A stretch of DNA of 64,000 nucleotides, taken from Verrucomicrobiota bacterium. GTDB lineage: Bacteria > Verrucomicrobiota > Verrucomicrobiia > Limisphaerales > JANNEF01. Positions 58,729 through 64,000 of the stretch are shown piece after piece. The stretch covers positions 2,650 through 66,649 of the forward strand of contig JANNEF010000121.1 of assembly GCA_031378375.1 (NCBI GenBank), in the 5' to 3' direction. The first letter of the stretch is position 1; each line of letters opens with the position of its first letter. The translations under genes and the position numbers were made by a program. Below the pieces are notes generated by a model that saw only the letters and a program-made list of their open reading frames with translations, made no database searches and was not told the DNA's origin.

Positions 58729-59727
58729 TCAAAACAAACTGTTCACCGCGATGCCCAGTACGCTCAACGGGCCCTGGTCTTCCAAGCCCTCGGTGGCTTT
58801 CTCCAGTTTTTGCAGCGAGAGCTTGGCGTTGCGGTAGAGCATGTCGTCGTTGATGAGCTTGCCGACGGTGCCCTGGCCGCGGTTCATTTTTTGCAGGATT
58901 TCCTTGAGGCTCACCGTGGCGTCGGTGAACTCGCGGTAGAGCGCGTCGTCCTTGGCCAGTTTGCCCAACGTGCCTTCGCCGGAGTTGAACCGGGCGATGA
59001 CGGTGCGCGCGTCGGTGACGAGTCCCTCGGTCTGCGTCATCAGTCCCTTGAGATCGGCGGAGGCGCTCTGGAGATTGGTAATGGCGCCAAAGGCGGCGGT
59101 GTAGAAGGTGTCGTCCTTGACGAGCCGGCCCACGGTGCCTTCGCCCGAGGCGATCTTGTCGGAAACGACGCGCAGGTTGCCGAGCATCGCGGTGAGCACG
59201 GGGGCGTTCTGTTTGAAGAAATCGGTGAGCGGCCCCACGAGCGTGCTGATGTTGTCGGTGCTGAAACTTTTGGTGAGGCCCTCGACGCCGGTGGCGACGC
59301 CTTCGAGTTTGGCCATCAGCGTGCCGAGGTTGGGCTGCTCGGCGGTTTCGAGGGAGCCGCCACTCTGGACGATGGGGGCGTCCGCCGTACCGCCCTCTAC
59401 GGCGATGAAGTTCTGGCCCATCAGTCCGGTGAAGCGGATGACGGCCTTGCTGTCCGTCTTGATGGCTTTCTCGTATTTCTTCTGAATCTTCAGGAGCACG
59501 CGGGCGCGACCGGCCTCCAGACCGATTTCCTCGACCCGCCCAATTTGCACGCCGGCCATTTTCACCTGGTCACCCTTCTTGAGTTCCTGCGCGTTGGCGA
59601 AACTGGCGGTGATCGGGTAGCTGGGTTTCCAGGGATCGAACGCGCCGACCAATTCAAGCAACAGCGCGGCGACGATCAGGGCGAGGGCGAAAAAGATGCC
59701 AAGGCGGGTTTCGAGTGTGTTTTTCAT
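58729..59727 (-). CDS. mlaD: MCE/MlaD-family substrate-binding protein
   Basis: N-terminal TM, MCE domain (..KKGDQVKMAGVQIGRVEEI..) and a long helical C-terminal extension. Last gene of the MlaFED-like operon. Confidence 0.75.
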   Translation of the reverse strand: MKNTLETRLGIFFALALIVAALLLELVGAFDPWKPSYPITASFANAQELKKGDQVKMAGVQIGRVEEIGLEAGRARVLLKIQKKYEKAIKTDSKAVIRFTGLMGQNFIAVEGGTADAPIVQSGGSLETAEQPNLGTLMAKLEGVATGVEGLTKSFSTDNISTLVGPLTDFFKQNAPVLTAMLGNLRVVSDKIASGEGTVGRLVKDDTFYTAAFGAITNLQSASADLKGLMTQTEGLVTDARTVIARFNSGEGTLGKLAKDDALYREFTDATVSLKEILQKMNRGQGTVGKLINDDMLYRNAKLSLQKLEKATEGLEDQGPLSVLGIAVNSLF

Positions 59728-60497
59728 GATGGATCCTGACGGTGGTTGAGGTTGAAGTTGGCGCTGAGAAATTTCTGGATGAGTGGATCTGGGTGGCGGC
59801 GGATTTCGTCCGGCGGGCCAATCGCCAGGAACTGGCCGTCGAAAATCATCGCAATGCGGTCGGCCAGTCCGAACGCGAGATCGCGGTCATGTGTGATGGC
59901 GATGGACGTGACCTGTGTGCGTTTTTTGAGATTCAAGATCTCGCCGCCGATGGTCACGGCGATGAGCGGGTCCAATTCACTGGTCGGTTCGTCGTAGAGA
60001 ATCAACTGCGGTTCGATGACCAGCGCGCGCGCGATGGCGACGCGCTTTTTCATGCCGCCGGAGAGTTCGCCGGTGGAACGGTCCTTCACGCCTTTGAGGC
60101 CGAGGAACTCCAGCTTCTCCGTCACGATGCGATCAATCTCCCCTGGCTCCTTGAGGCGATGTTCGGTCAGATAAAGGCCGACGTTCTCGCCGACGGTGAG
60201 CGAGTTGAGCAGCGCGCCGGACTGGAAAACCATCGCCAGGCGATACTTGTCCATCACGCCGGCCTGGTGGATCGGCTCGCCTTCGATGAGGATTTCGCCG
60301 GCATCGGGAGTTTCCAGGCCGATGATGTGCTTGAGCAATACGCTCTTGCCGGCGCCGCTGGGTCCCATGATGACGAAGATTTCCCCGTGCTGAACCTCGA
60401 AATCAATCCCGCGCAACACCGGCTGGCCGGCGTAGCTCTTGCACAGTCCGCGCACCTGGACGCTGACACTCTGTTGCGTTGAAACGGGGTCGCTCAT
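59724..60497 (-). CDS. mlaF: ABC transporter ATP-binding protein (MlaF-like)
   Basis: GPSGAGKSVLLKH, LSGGMKKRVAIARAL, ILYDEPTSELDP. Confidence 0.85.
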   Translation of the reverse strand: MSDPVSTQQSVSVQVRGLCKSYAGQPVLRGIDFEVQHGEIFVIMGPSGAGKSVLLKHIIGLETPDAGEILIEGEPIHQAGVMDKYRLAMVFQSGALLNSLTVGENVGLYLTEHRLKEPGEIDRIVTEKLEFLGLKGVKDRSTGELSGGMKKRVAIARALVIEPQLILYDEPTSELDPLIAVTIGGEILNLKKRTQVTSIAITHDRDLAFGLADRIAMIFDGQFLAIGPPDEIRRHPDPLIQKFLSANFNLNHRQDPS

Positions 60498-61240
60498 TAT
60501 TCCAAATACATGAGGAAGCGCGTCAAAAAATAATCGAGGATCAGGATCAGCACAATGGCATTGACCACTGACTTGGTCACGGAACGCCCGATGCCACGCG
60601 GCCCTCCGATGGTGACGAGGCCCTGATGACAGGCGACCGTACCGATGACGACCGCGAAGATAAAACTCTTAAACAGGCCGTTGAGCACGTCACCCAATTC
60701 CACCACATCCCGGAGGTTGCTGAGGTAGGCCGGGAAACTCACCGCGATTTTCGGATTTGAAAACGCCACCAGGCCGCCGCCAAACCAGCCTACCAGGATC
60801 GCGAACACCACCAGCACCGGCAACGCCAGGCTGATGGCCACCACACGCGGCAGCACCAGGTAGAATACCGGGTTGATGTTCATCGTCCGCAGCGCGTCAA
60901 TTTCCTGATACACCTGCATCGAACCAATCTCCGCCGTCATCGCCGAACCGATGCGTCCGGCGATGAGGATGGCAATCATCACCGGGGCGAGTTCTTTGCA
61001 CACCGAGATGCCGACCAGGCCGCCGATGAGATTGGCCAGGCCGCGCTCGGCCAGCGCCGAGCCGGTGTGCAGGGTGACGACTCCGCCGATGAACATCGCC
61101 AGGATGCACACCATGAGCAGGCTGGCGTTGCCGATGTCGAAAAGCTGGTCGAAGATTTTTTTCCGCTGGCGGAAAGCCTGCGGCAACGCATTGAACGTGC
61201 GCCAAAGCAAAACCGCCATCTCGCCGATGTTTTGGAACAT
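60497..61240 (-). CDS. mlaE: ABC transporter permease (MlaE-like)
   Basis: 247 aa, about 5 TM segments. ..IAGRIGSAMTAEIGSMQVYQEIDAL.. is typical of MlaE/YrbE. Confidence 0.8.
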   Translation of the reverse strand: MFQNIGEMAVLLWRTFNALPQAFRQRKKIFDQLFDIGNASLLMVCILAMFIGGVVTLHTGSALAERGLANLIGGLVGISVCKELAPVMIAILIAGRIGSAMTAEIGSMQVYQEIDALRTMNINPVFYLVLPRVVAISLALPVLVVFAILVGWFGGGLVAFSNPKIAVSFPAYLSNLRDVVELGDVLNGLFKSFIFAVVIGTVACHQGLVTIGGPRGIGRSVTKSVVNAIVLILILDYFLTRFLMYLE

Positions 61241-61674
61241 AGTCTAGCTGAACAATGCGCACGTCACGACCCTTGAATACCTGCCGGGTCGAAAAAGTTC
61301 AAAATGATTTTATGCCACCGAAGTTTCACGCGCGGCTCCTTGCTCAATGAATTTGACGCGAGGATCGCCTGATGGCGGAGTCGTGCGCTGAGGTTTTCAT
61401 GTATCCATTCAGGCCTTCACGCGGATACCGCCGGTTACTTTGCCATCAACACCGTCGAGACTCTGCACCTGCCATGCCTGTGGCGGTTACCGCCGGCGAT
61501 CTGCCTTCTCTGGAGACACCTTTCAGCCGTGTTTCATCACAACCGCGCGCCCAATCCTTTCAAGGTCCGCAGCCTCATCGGCTGAAACCAGCTCTGCAGC
61601 TTTACCATTTCTTAACAAAACTCGCCAGAAAGTCTCACGGTCCCTTAACACTTTCTGCGTCTATTGGACTGCTT

Positions 61675-62820
61675 ATGAGCATGAACATCTTGTGCCTGCC
61701 CGCTCTCGTCCTGTTACTCGTGCGAGTGGCCCACGCGCACGCCCAGGGCCACCCGAATCATGTTCACGCGGCGAATCCGCCGACAAACCAAGTGCGCATC
61801 CGCATCGAGGGCGGCCAGCGCGTCTTCACAGCCAATGGCTGGCCGGACCATGCGCCGGGGAAGTTTCCGCGCCGGGGCAATCCCAACACGCTCACGCCGC
61901 AGAGTTACACGTTTCGCGTGCCGCTGAAGCCAGTGGTCGCGGAGGTGCCGGCGCGGCGCGGCGGATGGTTCTTTGGCGTGGCGCTGAACGGCGTGCCCTT
62001 CGAGCCGGGCACGGCGGAGACCTGGAATAACAATCCCGCCTGGCGCTATGAGGCGCACACGGGCTTCATGAACCTCGGTCTCGACGAACACAACGCGCAT
62101 GTGCAGCCGACCGGCGCGTATCATTATCACGCCATGCCGGTGGGACTCGTCGAACGACTCGGCGGCGACAGTAACCGCATGTTGCTCGTGGGCTGGGCGG
62201 CCGATGGTTTTCCGCTCTACACTGCGCGCGGCCACTCCGACCCGAAGGATGCGAAGAGTCCGTTGCGCAAGATGCAGCCGAGCTTCCAACTGAAGCAGGG
62301 CGAACGCACCGGCGCTCCGGACGGTCCCGGCGGCAAATACGACGGTCGCTTCACGCAGGATTTTGAATTCGTGAACGGCTCGGGCGATCTCGACGAATGC
62401 AACGGGCGCGTGGGCGTGACGCCGGAATTTCCAGAGAGCATCTACCACTACTACATCACCGGGGAATTCCCGTTCCTGCCGCGCCGATGGCGTGGCACGC
62501 CGGATTCGAGCTTCGGCAAAGCGGGCGGCCCTCCTGGTGGTGGCCGACCGGGCGGCGGACGCGGCGGGCCTGGTGCGGGTGGAGGCCCGGGCGGCCCCGG
62601 CGGCGGACATCCTCCGTCCCCGATCATCGAAGCGCTCGACGCGAACGGCGACGGAACAATTGACGGCGATGAAATCAGGAAAGCCGAAGACCTGTTGAAG
62701 TCTCTTGACGCTGACGGTGATGGCAAACTGTCGCCGGTTGAATATCAACCAACGCGGCTCGGCCGTTTTCCGGAGCCGGGCGACAACCGTCCGCGAAGCC
62801 GGCCCGCAGCAAACCAATGA
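61675..62820 (+). CDS. secreted YHYH-domain protein with Gly/Pro-rich linker and C-terminal EF-hand pair
   Basis: Signal peptide MSMNILCLPALVLLLVRVAHA, GAYHYHAMP motif, and EF-hands DANGDGTIDGDE and DADGDGKLSPVE. Start at 61675, not the track start 61372. Confidence 0.65.
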   Translation: MSMNILCLPALVLLLVRVAHAHAQGHPNHVHAANPPTNQVRIRIEGGQRVFTANGWPDHAPGKFPRRGNPNTLTPQSYTFRVPLKPVVAEVPARRGGWFFGVALNGVPFEPGTAETWNNNPAWRYEAHTGFMNLGLDEHNAHVQPTGAYHYHAMPVGLVERLGGDSNRMLLVGWAADGFPLYTARGHSDPKDAKSPLRKMQPSFQLKQGERTGAPDGPGGKYDGRFTQDFEFVNGSGDLDECNGRVGVTPEFPESIYHYYITGEFPFLPRRWRGTPDSSFGKAGGPPGGGRPGGGRGGPGAGGGPGGPGGGHPPSPIIEALDANGDGTIDGDEIRKAEDLLKSLDADGDGKLSPVEYQPTRLGRFPEPGDNRPRSRPAANQ

Positions 62821-62851
62821 ACCACTTCGTCGCCCACTGCGATTTACGCCC

Positions 62852-63297
62852 ATGAAACCAGACCGCTCGGACCTGACCAAAGCCATCGGCAAAGGGTTTA
62901 CCGCCTTGCTTCTCTTCCCCCTCATCGCCAGGGCACAGGCAGGCGACTGGACACAGTTCCACGGACCGAATGGCTCCGGCATCCCGCCCGACGCCAAGCC
63001 ACCCACGACCTGGAGCGAGCCACAGAACTTGAAATGGAAGCTACTGCTCCCCGGTGCCGGCACCTCCAGCCCGATCCTTGTCGGCGGAAAAACCTTTCTC
63101 ACCTGTTGGATCAGTGGCGACGCGTCGCGCCTGCAACGGCAACTCGTCTGCCTGAATTGTGAGACGGGGAAAATTCTACGGGCGATGATACCGATTTCAA
63201 CGCCACCCCTGCGCTCGCGGGCCGGCAACTCTTTCTGCGCTCCAACCGGAATCTTTACTGCATCGACGCGATGCAGACGGCGGGTGCGGGAAACTGA
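62852..63297 (+). pseudogene. decayed PQQ-like beta-propeller protein gene (internal deletion plus frameshift)
   Basis: Signal peptide plus GDWTQFHGPNGSG..NLKWKLLLPGAGTSSPILVGGKTFL (typical first blade), then nonsense. A different frame reads ..DTDFNATPALAGRQLFLRSNRNLYCIDA (typical last blade) ending near 63297. Confidence 0.55.
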
Positions 63298-63315
63298 CAG
63301 CAACAGCAAAACATT

Positions 63316-63750
63316 ATGAACGCAAAAATCCTCATCCTCACACTCGCGCTTGGCGCATCAACGTGCCTCCTCCCAGCGCAAGACGGCAATCAACGCCCCG
63401 GCGGGCAACGTCCTCCCGGCGGCCAGGGTGGCCCCCAGGGTGGCGGGCCAGGTGGCGCGGACGGGCAACGCGGCGGTCCCGGCGGCGCAGGCATGCGCAT
63501 GCCGAATCCCATCGTCGAGTCGCTCGACCTTAACAAGGACGGCACGATTGACGCCGACGAGATCAAGAAGGCCAGCCAGTCCTTGAAGTCACTCGACAAG
63601 AACAGGGACGGACAAATCACTGCAGAAGAATACCGCCCGCAACGCCCTGGCGGTCCTGGCGGTCCCGGCGGTCCTGGCGGCCAAGGCGGACGCCCGCCAG
63701 GTGGTCAAGGCGGCGAGAACCGTCCCCAGCGCCCTGCTGAAGAGAAGTAA
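63316..63750 (+). CDS. secreted EF-hand pair protein flanked by Gly/Pro-rich repeats
   Basis: Signal peptide MNAKILILTLALGASTCLL, then DLNKDGTIDADE and DKNRDGQITAEE loops. Same module as the C-terminus of 61675-62820. Confidence 0.7.
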   Translation: MNAKILILTLALGASTCLLPAQDGNQRPGGQRPPGGQGGPQGGGPGGADGQRGGPGGAGMRMPNPIVESLDLNKDGTIDADEIKKASQSLKSLDKNRDGQITAEEYRPQRPGGPGGPGGPGGQGGRPPGGQGGENRPQRPAEEK

Positions 63751-63762
63751 CTGCATCAGTCG

Positions 63763-63797
63763 AAAAGGCGGCGCCAGCGATGGCGCCGCCTTTTTTG
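63763..63797 (+). terminator. rho-independent terminator
   Basis: aaaaggcggcgcca-gcga-tggcgccgcctttt followed by a T-run, 13 nt after the stop at 63750. Confidence 0.8.
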
Positions 63798-63894
63798 TTC
63801 AGCAACAGACCCCCTCCCCTTCCGATCAAAGAGCGGGTGACCTGGCGGGCTTTTACGACTTGATGGCCGCAGAGCGACCGGACACCGTTGGGCC

Positions 63895-64000
63895 ATGCTG
63901 CGACCGTCGAAGAAATACTCCGTTTACGATCTGAGACAACTCAAGGGCAAATGCTGCCTCACGCACATCCATGTGAAGTCGCCCGAGGAAGCCGCCGCCG
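63895..64000 (+). CDS. 5' end of an unidentified CDS (partial, runs off the window)
   Basis: ATG at 63895, open to the window end (MLRPSKKYSVYDLRQLKGKCCLTHIHVKSPEEAAA). Not identifiable. Confidence 0.3.
   Translation, partial: MLRPSKKYSVYDLRQLKGKCCLTHIHVKSPEEAAA

Noticed and set aside
61714-63309. 531-aa minus-strand ORF opposite the YHYH/EF-hand genes
   Set aside because: It is a shadow ORF. The plus-strand genes have signal peptides, YHYH and EF-hand motifs.

Overview
High-G+C bacterial chromosomal window. It may come from a PVC/Verrucomicrobia-like genome; this is inferred from an FtsZ-containing dcw cluster plus several REP/MITE families and cannot be verified here. Core content: an almost complete dcw division/cell-wall cluster on the minus strand (mraZ to ftsZ, 31.2-50.4 kb, with murC absent and three non-canonical inserts); ribBA-ribH; purM; queA; an MlaFED-like transporter; three tandem CNNM/CBS transporters; two ABC systems; an MFS transporter; and a tmRNA gene. 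Accessory content at 0-15 kb: two different REP-associated tyrosine transposases (RAYTs), each with its own REP family; a translationally coupled N6-adenine methyltransferase plus nuclease-helicase pair; four toxin-antitoxin-type cassettes, each followed by a copy of one conserved repeat; and a frameshifted DUF4338-ISAs1 transposase. At 18.6-24.1 kb there is a single-module C-A-T-TE NRPS preceded by a degenerate adenylate-forming enzyme. At 55.9-58.2 kb a visibly lower-G+C islet abuts the 3' end of ssrA. It carries a TIR-domain gene and a ~500 bp dyad-symmetric array of ~21 bp repeats that no annotated feature explains. All calls rest on reading the translated ORFs and motifs by eye. No database search or computation was run.
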